Assembly: GCA_048128005.1 (NCBI GenBank)
Contig: JBEUKZ010000111.1
Coordinates: 124,001 to 188,000 of the forward strand
DNA length: 64,000 nt
Reading direction: 5' to 3'
Origin: Veleropilina oligotropha
Taxonomy: Eukaryota
Shown: positions 45,861 through 59,356 of the stretch, piece by piece
How the letters are laid out: the number at the start of each line of letters is the position of its first letter
Position numbering within the stretch: the first letter of the stretch is position 1
Notes under the pieces: generated by a model
Seen by the model: the letters and a program-made list of their open reading frames with translations, nothing else
Told to the model about the DNA's origin: nothing
Databases searched by the model: none
Translations under genes and position numbers: made by a program

Positions 45861-48251
45861 CATCGATCCTTTCTTTCGACCATATCACATTTTATATTCG
45901 TAAAATAGTATTCCATCTTAGCACTGAATTATTTGTATTTTTATTGAATTATGCTTTTATTCTCTTTTTCAGGATAGCCGCCGATGTAGTTGATGTAATT
46001 TCTATTCAAATCTGATGTATATGTGTGTTTTGGGGAGTCTTAGCATGTATCATGTTCCATCTTAGCATTGACTTAATTTGAATTGTTTTCTAAATTAATA
46101 CATTCATTCTCTTTTTCAGGAAAGTTGCTGATGCAGAACAAACCTGTGCTTGGATTGTATGTGTAAGGTAAATGAACTAATTTTTAATGAAATCTGGTGT
46201 AAATGTTTGTTTTGGTGAGGTTTCTTAGCATGTTTCATGTCCATTTTAACAAATTTCAGGAAAGTTGCCGATGCCGAAGAAACCCGTGCATGGATTGTAT
46301 GTGTAAGGTAAATGGACTAAATTTAATTAAATCTGGTGTAAATGTTTGTTTTGATGAGGTATCTTAGCTTGTTTCATGTCCATATTTACTAATTCGACCA
46401 TTTCACATTTTATATTCGTAAAATAGTATTCAATCCTGGCACTGACTTATTTGAATTTTTATCGAAATTGATGCTTATATTCTCTTGTTCAGGACCGTCG
46501 CTGATGTAGTTAGGGTGAGAAACATGAACATGGTTGTATATGTAAGGTAAGCCGGTTAATTTATATTCAAATCTGATGTATATTTGCAGTGTTTCATATT
46601 CAATCTTAACATGACTTAATTTGAATTATTTTCTAAATTAATACATTTATTATCTTTTTAAGGAAAGATGCTGATGCAGAAGAAACCTGTGCATGTATTG
46701 TATGTGTAAGGTAACCTTGTTTCATATCCATTTTAACAAATTTCGACCATATCAGGCCGCATTGACAGTGCAGTGGTACGATTGTGGATTCCGAAAATCA
46801 CTCTTCATTCCGCTGATGCGAACAGCAGTGGGTTCGACCCCGGCTAAGGCATCACACATTTGTTCAAGTTATGAATCACTATTGTCTGTGACTGGTCGAA
46901 GAGGGTAGGTTTACCCGTGCGACTGGGCTTTCCTCCCGCGATAATGCGAACATGTCTTGGTTTGAACCAAATGATGGTTGGAAATAGTCAGGACAATTGG
47001 CAGCGATAAATTAATACATTTATTCTCTTGTTCAGGAAAGATGCTGATGCAGAAGAAACCTGTGCATGTATTATATGTGTAAGGTAACTTGACTAATTTT
47101 TAATCAAATCTGTGTGTTTTTTTAGCTTTTTCATGTTCCATCTTAGCATTGATTTAATTTGAATTGTTTTCTAAATTAATACATTTATTCTCTTTTTCAG
47201 GAAAGTTGTTGATGCAGAAGAAACCTGTGCTTGGATTGTATGTGTACGATAAATGTACTAAATTTAATTAAATCTGGTGTAACTGTTTGTTTTGATGAGG
47301 TATCTTAACTTGTTTCATGTCCATATTAACTATTTCGACCATTTCACATTTTATATTCTTGAAATAGTATTCCATCCTAGCACTGACTTATTTGAATTTT
47401 TATAGAAATTGATGCTTGTATTCTCTTTTTTCAGGACCGTCGCTGATGTAGGGCGAGTTCGATCACTACAATGTTCGACTATGGTCGCAGGTTCGGCGGC
47501 TTTCGGGGGAGCTTCGGTGATCTCCGATTAAAATCAGATATGCAAGGAAATTTGGTATTTAGACGAGTTCATTTTATAAATATGGTGGGTAGACCAGCTT
47601 TTCTCGTGTTTTGTCCAGTTGCTCATTCTGTTCATGCACCAATCGTCATCTTCAACAGAAAGCAGTTTGATATAATATAGGCTACTCAAATACATTAAAA
47701 GTATATTTTATTTTATGCCAGGTGGTGGTGATAGTGAGGGGATTCATTTGCAAATTATAGATACATTTTTAGATTCGGATTTACATCGGGTCGTGCATAT
47801 AATGTAGGCGCTTCAAAGTTAATATAGATTTAGGAAATAGTTATCTTGTATATTATGATCCTGTTCTTTAGGGACAAAGAGATTGTTGCTATTTATCGTC
47901 GACACGACAATTGACCAACGGTAGGTGGTAGCGACATATGCAAGTAGAGAGACCATTGCTTATTAAGTATTTGATGGAATTTATATATAATCGATGATTT
48001 GTATGTCTTGTTTTGCGGTTGTGAAAGCGATACCTGTATCGCGGTAGACAAGTTTTGATGTTTCTTCTGCCTTCATCTTACATTGCAATTGTCCCAGAAA
48101 CAGAGCAATAAACAAGTTAACATATCATTTATGTATTGTATATCCGTGTGCGCTGTTGTATAATTTAAGGTTCATGACAGTGACCGGGACCTACGCGCCG
48201 GTCATGGCAATCGGCGTCAACATTTACTGTTTATGTGGAGATACCGCACTG

Positions 48252-48463
48252 GTACTTCCTTGTTATCACCCCCCCCCCCCCAGAGTAGGGTTAGGGTTAG
48301 GGTTAGGCACTTCCTTGTTATCTCCCACCCAGATTAGGGTTAGGGTTAGCCTAATATAGGGTTATCCTAACCCTAACCTAACCCTAACCATGAATATACG
48401 TACTTGTATGTGTTTTTGCGATTTTCAATAGTGGTGGGGGGGGGGAGATAACAAGGAAGTGCC
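48252..48463. mobile_element. Small palindromic MITE-like element containing (TTAGGG)n/(CCCTAA)n
   Basis: CACTTCCTTGTTATCTCCC...GGGAGATAACAAGGAAGTG inverted ends around short telomere-like runs. Confidence 0.65.
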
Positions 48464-48676
48464 TACCTCACTTATATGGCGTACTGGTTCATTATTCACC
48501 ATAACATTCGAAGATAAATATTAGTAGATCTTCGAGTTCAGAATTAAGAAGATTGTTAATAAAAATCACGATATCATTGCACAGTGTGGAACACCTTAAC
48601 ACTTAATTTTAATCGAGAATAGGCAGACGATCAGCGTCACTTTGGGAGGTGGTGCCCATCTGAAATGGCATGTTAA

Positions 48677-48714
<38 letters not shown>

Positions 48715-48976
48715 AATAGTTTAAGGGACCATTGTGTCGTGTAAACATTGCTAAATGGAGTAATTTAGCCCGAATGACTCGATAATCTGAAAAAGACAAC
48801 TATTTTACAATGTTGTAAATAAATTTAAAGCACCGCATTTCTTTGTATTACGTGTAAAAATACATGTATGGCGTTTAATGACCAGTACTGTAGGCCTAAT
48901 ATATTATATCAACGTTATAAAATGTAAATGTACGAAAGCCGGATGGTATCACATTCGAATGTAAAAAAAATAATAT

Positions 48977-49590
48977 TTCCACGTTATAACGTACAGCTTC
49001 CACGTTATAACGTACAGCTTCCACGTTATAACGTGCAGCTTCCACGTTATAACGTGGAGGTTCCACGTTATAACGTGCAGCTTCCACGTTATAACGTGGA
49101 GGTTCCACGTTATAACGTGCTGGTTCCACGTTATAACGTGCAGCTTCCACGTTATAACGTGGAGGTTCCACGTTATAACGTGCAGCTTCCACGTTATAAC
49201 GTACAGCTTCCACGTTATAACGTGCAGCTTCCACGTTATAACGCGGAGGTTCCACGTTATAACGTGCAGCTTCCACGTTATAACGTGGAGGTTCCACGTT
49301 ATAACGTGCAGGTTCCACGTTATAACGTGCAGCTTCCACGTTATAACGTGGAGGTTCCACGTTATAACGTGCAGCTTCCACGTTATAACGTACAGCTTCC
49401 ACGTTATAACGTGCAGCTTCCACGTTATAACGTGCAGGTTCCACGTTATAACGTGCAGGTTCCACGTTATAACGTGCAGCTTCCACGTTATAACGTACAG
49501 CTTCCACGTTATAACGTACAGCTTCCACGTTATAACGTGCAGCTTCCACGTTATAACGTGCAGCTTCCACGTTATAACGTGCACCTTCCA
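48977..49590. repeat. 21-bp tandem repeat with palindromic core CACGTTATAACGTG (also at 51693-52301 and 54424-54576)
   Basis: Unit CAGCTTCCACGTTATAACGTG. Confidence 0.97.
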
Positions 49591-51860
49591 CTTGATATAG
49601 AGCAGTCTCTTCGATATTTATTTCATACAGAGCCGTTGAAGGGACATGGGAGAAAAATATAATAAAGTAATCCGTGGTAAAAGTTTTGAATACATTCGCA
49701 TGATTTCGAATCCAATCTCATATATTACTCAATCCATTCGCACAGATGGCAAACCGTTCGCACGGTTTTGAATCCATTCCCACAGATTACCCAATCTATT
49801 CGCACGGATTGCCATCCGTTCGCACGGTTACGAATCCGTTCGCACGGTTTCGAATCCGTTCTCACTGATTGCAATCCGTTCGCACATATTGAGATTGCAA
49901 TCCCGGAGCACGACCTCATCGTATGTGGCATGCACTCCTTCAAATTGAACTGAACTGTAAAATACTAATACTAAATACAGGTACATCTTTCAATGAATAA
50001 ATATTTATTTTTATACATGTGCATGAGCCAATAAATGAGGCAAGGAAGTGGTCGCCTTCATGGAAATGTCGTGGAAATGACATACATTGTAAGGTCAAGG
50101 TCATTTTCGTGTATTTCCAATCTGAACTTAAAGATTGCTTTCTGTCAAATAGAAGACGAACTACGTTTTTCATATTTGGCATACACTTTGTATACCACCA
50201 GGCCTTGCCGAAGTTCAGAGATGGGGTCAATTGATAAAGGTCAAGGTCGTTTTCGTGTATTTCCAATCTGGATTTGGAAGATTGATTTCTGTCAAATAGA
50301 AAACGAACCGCTGGACCTATGGTTTTCATATTTGTTACTGGTATGTTATTTACACTTATTTATACCCTATGTATAAATGTTTTCCCATTGTAGCGGGCGC
50401 ACGGTGTCCGAGTGTGTTGGGGGAGTGTGCTAAATCTACTTGGCCTGTCTGCACTGGCTTCGATGTGTGGCTTGAAATACTCTCGGATATATTGCGATGT
50501 TATCAGACACAGTTGTCCAAAACCGACCGAGGAGCTTGGTTTCACTGGTTAATCCGCGCTTCTTTCTACAACAATACGGACTAATCCCGAAATGGCCCGA
50601 TACAGTGCATTAAATGGGACAAAAGATTTACCCACATTCATATAATAGCCGACCATAGCGTACATTGTCCATCTGTTCGGATGGAGACGGTAAACCGATG
50701 ATCGTCAAAGCGATGTCACTGAAAGATAGTTAAAGTGGTCGAAAAGCATACAATACAGGCAAATATATGTCAGAAGCACATGTTCGTATACATCTCAACG
50801 TACATCCATGTCCTAATAATTTTTGCATGTCATTTTCTCCCTTTCAGGTTCTGATCTAATGGTTGTAAACAAAATAGAGGTGTCGTTCATCACTCCTGTC
50901 GTCAGTGTGTCAATAGCTCATACATGCGCACCACTGTATAAGCCGTCTTTTGCGTCTCTGCACCATACCCTCGGGGTCAAGAATACCCATAATAATGCGG
51001 ACATCTTCCTGCTTACAATGTATGTCATTTCCACGACATTTCTCGTGCATCCAACGATATCCATGAAGGCGTCAACTTTCTTGCATTTCCTTTTGAATAA
51101 AATCGAAGATATCCCCGATGTTGCTGTATTGCTTGCGACGACAGAGACACATTGCTTTTAAGTTCCTTTTCAAATGCCTTTCCGATATTATTTCTCCATG
51201 ACGGATTGCATGGCATATATACAGATATTTTAAACCAACTTCAAAATAATGCGCAATAACATTGAATTTTTCTTCCAAATTCATTTTTAAGAACAAGGTA
51301 TCTACCTATGCGTATGTGTGTACGTCTACTACTGCAATTCCGAAGCTATGACTATAGGTATATAGACTGATCTTTCGTAAGTGTGATTTTAGTCGTGGGA
51401 ACGGATTCGAAACCGTGCGAAAGGATTGCAAACCGTGCGAGCGGATTCGAAAACGTGCGAACGGATTGCAATCCGTGCGAATAGATTGGGTAATCTGTGG
51501 GAACGGATTCAAAACCGTGCGAACGGTTTGCAATCTGTGCGAAAGGATTGATTATCTGTGGGAATGGATTCGAAACCGTGCGAATGTATTCAAAACAGTT
51601 AATTTATTATATTTTTATCACATGTCCCTTTAACGGCTCCGTAATTGCAAGGTGGTTTAACACCCGAAGAGTACATCATTCGATTCGTGTATGTTCCACG
51701 TTATAACGTGCAGCTTCCACGTTATAACGTGCAGCTTCCACGTTATAACGTGCAGGTTCCACGTTATAACGTACAGCTTCCACGTTATAACGTACAGCTT
51801 CCACGTTATAACGTACAGCTTCCACGTTATAACGTACAGCTTCCACGTTATAACGTGAAC

Positions 51861-51881
51861 GTGGTATCAACGCAGAGTACT
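51861..51881 (+). other. SMART / PacBio low-input amplification adapter remnant (library artefact)
   Basis: GTGGTATCAACGCAGAGTACT matches the 3' part of the AAGCAGTGGTATCAACGCAGAGTAC(T) oligo. Confidence 0.93.
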
Positions 51882-52711
51882 CTTCCACGTTATAACGTGC
51901 AGGTTCCACGTTATAACGTGGAAGCTGCACGTTATAACGTGGAACCTCCACGTTATAACGTGGAAGCTGCACGTTATAACGTGGAATCTCCACGTTATAA
52001 CGTGGAATCTCCACGTTATAACGTGGAAGCTGCACGTTATAACGTGGAAGCTGTACGTTATAACGTGGAAGCTGCACGTTATAACGTGGAACCTCCACGT
52101 TATAACGTGGAAGCTGCACGTTATAACGTGGAACCTGCACGTTATAACGTGGAAGCTGCACGTTATAACGTGGAAGCTGCACGTTATAACGTGGAAGCTG
52201 TACGTTATAACGTGGAAGCTGTACGTTATAACGTGGAACCTGCACGTTATAAAGTGGAAGCTGCACGTTATAACGTGGAAGCTGCACGTTATAACGTGGA
52301 ACATACACGAATCGAATGATGTACTCTTCGGGTGTTAAACCACCTTTAAATTACGGAGCCGTTAAAGGGACATGTGATACAAATATAATAAATTAACTGT
52401 TTTGAATACATTCGCACGGTTTCGAATCCATTCCCACAGATTAATCAATCCTTTCGCACAGATTGCAAACCGTTCGCACGGTTTTGAATCCGTTCCCACA
52501 GATTACCCAATCTATTCGCACGGATTGCAATCCGTTCGCACGTTTTCGAATCCGCTCGCACGGTTTGCAATCCTTTCTCACGGTTTCGAATCCGTTCCCA
52601 CGACTAAAATCACACTTACGAAAGATCAGTCTATATACCTATAGTCATAGCTTCGGAATTGCAGTAGTAGACGTACACACATACGCATAGGTAGATACCT
52701 TGTTCTTAAAA

Positions 52712-53065
52712 ATGAATTTGGAAGAAAAATTCAATGTTATTGCGCATTATTTTGAAGTTGGTTTAAAATATCTGTATATATGCCATGCAATCTGTCATGG
52801 AGAAATAATATCGGAAAGGCATTTGAAAAGGAACTTAAAAGCAATGTGTCTCTGTCGTCGCAAGCAATACAGCAACATCGGGGATATCTTCGATTTTATT
52901 CAAAAGGAAATGCAAGAAAGTTGACGCCTTCATGGATATCGTTGGATGCACGAGAAATGTCGTGGAAATGACATACATTGTAAGCAGGAAGATGTCCGCA
53001 TTATTATGGGTATTCTTGACCCCGAGGGTATGGTGCAGAGACGCAAAAGACGGCTTATACAGTGG
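52712..53065 (+). pseudogene. N-terminal fragment of an IS3EU-like (integrase-core family) transposase; mirror copy on the - strand at ~50935-51284
   Basis: HYFEVGLKY...ISERHLKRNL...RRKQYS...FIQKEMQES*RLHGYRWMHEKC...VRIIMGILDPEGMVQRRKRRL; internal stop; no DDE core present. Confidence 0.7.
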
Positions 53066-56000
53066 TGCGCATGTATGAGCTATTGACACACTGACGACAG
53101 GAGTGATGAACGACACCTCTATTTTGTTTACAACCATTAGATCAGAACCTGAAAGGGAGAAAATGACATGCAAAAATTATTAGGACATGGATGTACGTTG
53201 AGATGTATACGAACATGTGCTTCTGACATATATTTGCCTGTATTGTATGCTTTTCGACCACTTTAACTATCTTTCAGTGACATCGCTTTGACGATCATCG
53301 GTTTACCGTCTCCATCCGAACAGATGGACAATGTACGCTATGGTCGGCTATTATATGAATGTGGGTAAATCTTTTGTCCCATTTAATGCACTGTATCGGG
53401 CCATTTCGGGATTAGTCCGTATTGTTGTAGAAAGAAGCGCGGATTAACCAGTGAAACCAAGCTCCTCGGTCGGTTTTGGACAACTGCGTCTGATAACATC
53501 GCAATATATCCGAGAGTATTTCAAGCCACACATCGAAGCCAGTGCAGACAGGCCAAGTAGATTTAGCACACTCCCCCAACACACTCGGACACCGTGCGCC
53601 CGCTACAATGGGAAAACATTTATACATAGGGTATAAATAAGTGTAAATAACATACCAGTAACAAATATGAAAACCATAGGTCCAGCGGTTCGTTTTCTAT
53701 TTGACAGAAATCAATCTTCCAAATCCAGATTGGAAATACACGAAAACGACCTTGACCTTTATCAATTGACCCCATCTCTGAACTTCGGCAATGCCTGGTG
53801 GTATACAAGGTGTATGCCAAATATGAAAAACGTAGTTCGTCTTCTATTTGACAGAAAGCAATCTTTAAGTTCAGATTGGAAATACACGAAAATGACCTTG
53901 ACCTTACAATGTATGCCATTTCCAAGACATTTCCATGAAGGCGACCACTTCCTTGCCTCATTTATTGGCTCATGCACATGTATAAAAATAAATATTTATT
54001 CATTGAAAGATGTACCTGTATTTAGTATTAGTATTTTACAGTTCAGTTCAATTTGAAGGAGTGCATGCCACATACGATGAGGTCGTGCTCCGGGATTGCA
54101 ATCTCAATATGTGCGAACGGATTGCAATCAGTGAGAACGGATACGAAACCGTGCGAACGGATTCGAAACCGTGCGAACGGATTCGTAACCGTGCGAACGG
54201 ATGGCAATCCGTGCGAATAGATTGGGTAATCTGTGGGAATGGATTCAAAACCGTGCGAACGGTTTGCCATCTGTGCGAATGGATTGAGTAATATATGAGA
54301 TTGGATTCGAAATCATGCGAATGTATTCAAAACTTTTACCACGGATTACTTTATTATATTTTCTCCCATGTCCCTTCAACGGCTCTGTATGAAATAAATA
54401 TCGAAGAGACTGCTCTATATTAAGTGGAAGGTGCACGTTATAACGTGGAAGCTGCACGTTATAACGTGGAAGCTGCACGTTATAACGTGGAACCTCCACG
54501 TTATAACGTGGAAGCTGCACGTTATAACGTGGAAGCTGTACGTTATAACGTGGAAGCTGTACGTTATAACGTGGAAATATTATTTTTTTTACATTCGAAT
54601 GTGATACCATCCGGCTTTCGTATAAATGTATATATAATTACGACAATGTTTTATTGTAAAAATAAACACAAACATCAGATCGTAAATAATCAGGCGCACA
54701 TACATGATATTATGTGACCTTTATACGAATATGGTCCGATTTATTTATCCCCTTTTATTCATGGAATATTCCAATCATTTAACCCACGATTTTTTAATGA
54801 CAAATGATGTTTGAACTTCAGAAGGTGTGTCATGCATATTAACTGTTAAATTACTCGAATTTTCTGATTAGACTTGCAATTCATATGATCATATTTTGTG
54901 ACGTTTATGAAAATGAACCAGACCAGACGAACTAAGATTAATCGTAAGGTTAGACTATGGTCGATTATTCAATCGTTTCGAGAGTAATTTCATCATACGT
55001 CATCGAATTGTAACAGAGCGAAGATCATCGACAGTGGGCGAAGAGTGAACTTTGTGTCGGTTTAATCACGAGTAAAACTGATGACAAGCAAAACAATGCA
55101 GCAACTGCTTACGGAAATGAATTTGGCCTAATTATAATATTCATGAACTAGACTATAGTAGATAGTAGGGTGATCGAACTCGCCCGTAGTTAGGGTGAAA
55201 AACATGAACATGGTTGTATGTTTAAGGTAAGCCGACTAATTTCTATTCAAATCTGATGTATATTTGTGTTTTGGGGATTGTTTCTTAGCATGTTTCTTGT
55301 TCCATTTTAGCATTGACTTGATTTGAATTGTTTTCTAAATTAATACATTTATTCTCTTGTTCAGGAAAGTTGCTGATACAGAAGAAACTTGGGCATGGAT
55401 TGTATGTGTAAATTATATGGACTAATTTTTATTCAAATTTTGTGTAAATGTTTGTTTTGGTGAGAAACATTTACATGGCTGTATGTGTAAGGTAAGCCGA
55501 CTAATTTATTTTCAAATATGATCTATATGTGTGTTTCTTAACATGTTTCATGTTCCATCTTAGCATTGACCTAATTTGAATTGTTTTCTAAATTAATACA
55601 TTTATTCTCCTTTTCAGGAAAGTTGCTGATGCAGAAGAGACCTGTGGTTGGATTGTATGTGCAAAGTATATGGACTAATTTTTAATCAAATCTGGTGTAA
55701 ATGTTTGTTTTGGTGAGGTTTCGTAGCATGTTTCATGTCCATTTTAACAAATTTCGACCATATCACATTTTATATTCGTGAAATAGTATTGCATCTTAGC
55801 ACTGACTTATGTGATTTATTATTAAAATTGATGCTTTAATCTCTTTTTCACGACAGTCGCTGATGTATCTTGGGTGAGAAACATGAAAATGTTGGTATGT
55901 GTAAGATAAACCGACTAATTTCTATTCAAATCATGTTCCTTCTTGGCATTGACTTAATTTGAATTGTTTTCTAAATTAATACATTAATTCTCTTTTTCAC

Positions 56001-58084
56001 GAAAGATGCTGATGCAGAAGAAACCTGTGCATGGATTGTATGTGTACGGTAAATGGACTATTTTTTAATTAAATCTGATGTAAATGTTTGTTTTGGTGAG
56101 GTTTCTTAGCATGTTTCGTGTCCCTTTTAACAAATTTCGACCATATTACATTTTATATTCGTGAAATAGTATTCCATCTTAGCAATGTCTTATTTAATTA
56201 TTATTGAAATTGCTGCTTTTATTCTCTTTTTCAGGACAGTCACTGATGCAGTTAGTGTGAGAAACATGAACATGGTTATATGTGTATGGTAAGCTGACTA
56301 ATTTCTTTTCAAATCTGATGTATATGTATGTTTTGGGGAGTGTTTCTTAGCATGTTTCATGGTCCATCTTAGCATTGACTTAATTTGAATTGTTTTATAA
56401 ATTAATACATTTATTCTCTTTTTCAGGAAAGTTGCTTATGCAGAAGAAACTTGTGCATGGATTGTACGAGAGAAACATGTACATGGTTGTATGTGTAAGG
56501 TAAGCCGACTAATTTCTTTTCAAAACTGATGTATATGTGTGTTTTGGTGAGGTTTCTTTGCATGTTCCATGTTCCATCTTAGCATTGACTTAATTTGAAT
56601 TGTTTTCTAAATTAATGCTATTAATCTTTGTTTTCAGGAAAGATGCTGATGCAGAAGTAACATGTGCATGGATTGTATGTGCTATGTAATTGGACTAAAT
56701 TTTAATCAAATCTGGTGTAAATGTTTATTTGGTGACGTTTCGTAACATGTCCATTTTAACAAATTTCGACCATATCAGGCAGCTTCGACAGTATAGTGGT
56801 ACGTTTGTTTATAACGAAAATCACTGACTTGATTCCACTGACGCAAACAATAGTGAGATCGACCCCGGATGAGACATCGCACATTTGTTCAAGTTATGAA
56901 TCACAGATGTCCGTGACTGGTCGAAGAGGGTGGGTTTACCCGTGCGACTGGGCTTTCCCCCCGCGATAATACGGACATGTCCTGGTTTGAACCAAATGAT
57001 GGTTGGAAATATATAGGACATTAAGCATCGATCCTTTCGTTCGACCATATCACATTTTATATTCGTGAAATAGTATTCCATATTAACACTGACTTATTTG
57101 AATTATTATTGAAATTGATGCTTTTGTTATATTTTTCAGGAGAGTCGTTGATGGAGTTAGGGTGATAAACATGTACATTGTTGTATGTGTACGGTAAGCC
57201 GTCTAATTTATATTCAAATCTGATGTATATGTGTGATTTGTAGTGTTTCTTAGCATGTTTCATATTCAATCTTAGCATGACTTAATTTGAATTGTTTTCT
57301 AAGTTAATACATTTATTATCTTTTTCAGGAAAGATGCTGATGCAGAAGAAACCTGTGCATGTATTGTATGTGTAAGGTAAATGAAATAATTTTTAATCAA
57401 ATCTGGTGTAAATGTTTGCTTTGGCAAGGTTTCTTAGCTTGTTTCATGTCCATTTTAACAAATTTCGACCATATCAGGCCGCTTTGACAGTGCAGTGGTA
57501 CGATTGTGGATTCCGAAAATCACTCTTCATTCCGCTGATGCGAACAGCAGTGGGTTCGACTCCGTCTAAGGCATCACACATTTGTTCAAGTTATGAATCA
57601 TAATTGTCCGTGACTGGTCGAAGAGGGCAGTTTTACCCGTGCTACTGGGCTTTCCTCCCGCGATAATACGAACATGTCTTGGTTTGAACCAAATGATGGT
57701 TGGAAATATTCAGGACAATATACAGCGATAAATTAATACATTTATTCTCTTGTTCAGGAAAGATGCTGATGCAGAAGAAACCTGTGCATGTATTGTATGT
57801 GTAAGGTAAATGGACTAATTTTTTATCAAATCTGGTGTAAATGTTTGTTTTGGTGAGGTTTCTTAGCATGTTTCATGCCCATTTTAACAAATTTCGACCA
57901 TACCACATTGTATATTCGTGAAAGAGTAATCCATCTTAATTAGCACTGATTTATTTGAATTATTATTGAAATTGCTGCTTTTAATCTCTTTTCAGGACAG
58001 TCGCTGATGCAGTTAGGTTGAGAAACATGTACATGGTTGTATGTGTAAGGTAAGCCGACTAATCTCTTTTCAAATATGATGTAT

Positions 58085-58665
58085 TCTTAGCCAAAATGAA
58101 AACGGAAAAATTTAAAATATGAAAATCAATAACATAACATTGCTGACCATGACACAACCGTTTGAAAATCGTGAATCTTGATCAGATTGTTCTTGAAATG
58201 CGCGTGCAGGACGAAATTTTCAAGAAATGTAAATTTCCGCTCTGAAATTGCTACTGTACATCATTTCTTCCGGAAAAGACAGTCATTGCGTCGTTTCGAT
58301 AGTGTTTCTTCCGAAAAACATAAAGAAAGTATTTTCAACCTAGATATTAAGCAATGCCGCGTCTTTCATGTCAGGACAGGGAGCGTGCCATCGGTAGGTT
58401 AGGGGCTGGACAGTGTGGCGGAAGTTGAGCGAATATTTGGATGCTGTCGACAGACGATCCACAATCTGAGAACACGTCTCCAAGGAACTGGAACCACAGC
58501 AGACCGCCCACGTCCAGGTGCCCGACGTGTTACGACTCCAAATGAAGACCAACAAATCCGGTTACGTCATCTTCGGAATCGTTTCGTAACGGCAACTTCA
58601 ACCAGTAATCAACTCTTTCAACGTCGTGTGACACCACAGACCATCAGAAACCGTCTTAGAGATGC
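58085..58665 (+). pseudogene. Tc1/mariner 5' fragment (paired-like HTH region), fused into the satellite
   Basis: VAEVERIFGCCRQTIHNL...GTTADRPRPGARRVTT...VTPQTIRNRL. Confidence 0.8.
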
Positions 58666-59356
58666 TGATACAGAAGAAAAATGGGCATGGATTGTCATGT
58701 TCATTTTAACAATGTCGATCATAACACATTTTATGTTCGCGAAATAGTAATCCATCTTAGCACTGACTTATTTGAATTATTATTGAAATTGCCGATTTTA
58801 GTCTCTTTTCAGGACAGTCACTGGTGCGGTTAGGGTGAGAAACATGTACATGGTTGTATGTGTAAGGTAAGCGGACAAATTTATTTTCAAATATGATGTA
58901 TATGTGTGTTCCTTAGCATGTTTCATGTTCCATCTTAGCATTGATTTAATTTGAATTGTTTTCTAAATTAATACATTTATTCTCTTTTTCAGGAAAGTCG
59001 ATGATGTAATTATGGTGATAAACATGTACATGGTTGGATGTGTAAGGTAAACTGACTAATTTCATTCAAATATGATGTATATGTGTCTTTTTGGTGAGGT
59101 TTCTTAGTATGTTTCATGTTCCATCTTAGCATTGACTTAATTTGAATTGTTTTCTAAATTAATACATTTATTATCTTTTTCATGAAAGTTGCTAATGCTG
59201 AAGAAACATGTGCATGGATTTCATGTGTAATTTAAATGGATTAAATTATTATCAAATCTGGTGGTAATGTTTCATGTCCATTTTAACAATTTCGACCATA
59301 CCGCATTTTATATTTGTGAAATAATATTCCATCTTAGCACTGACTTATTTGAATTA

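Larger units (their letters stand above)
48931..54622. mobile_element. ~5.7-kb fold-back (palindromic) IS3EU-like element
   Basis: Termini TACGAAAGCC...GGCTTTCGTA; 6-bp TSD TAAATG at 48925-48930 and 54623-54628; arms are near-perfect reverse complements about a centre near 51913. Confidence 0.85.
47451..55185. mobile_element. Non-autonomous TIR DNA transposon with 3-bp TSD (PIF/Harbinger-like), inserted in the satellite
   Basis: 16-bp TIR GGGCGAGTTCGATCAC at 47451-47466 and 55170-55185; GTA duplicated at 47448-47450 and 55186-55188; removal restores the satellite unit GCTGATGTAGTTAGGGTG. Confidence 0.85.

Noticed and set aside
48284..48390. True telomere or chromosome fusion site
   Set aside because: Only 2-4 TTAGGG units per run, inside a small inverted-repeat element.
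48896..52319. (PRYNVQL)n / (ARYNVEA)n repeat proteins
   Set aside because: Translations of a 21-bp palindromic DNA repeat within a transposon arm; open on both strands.
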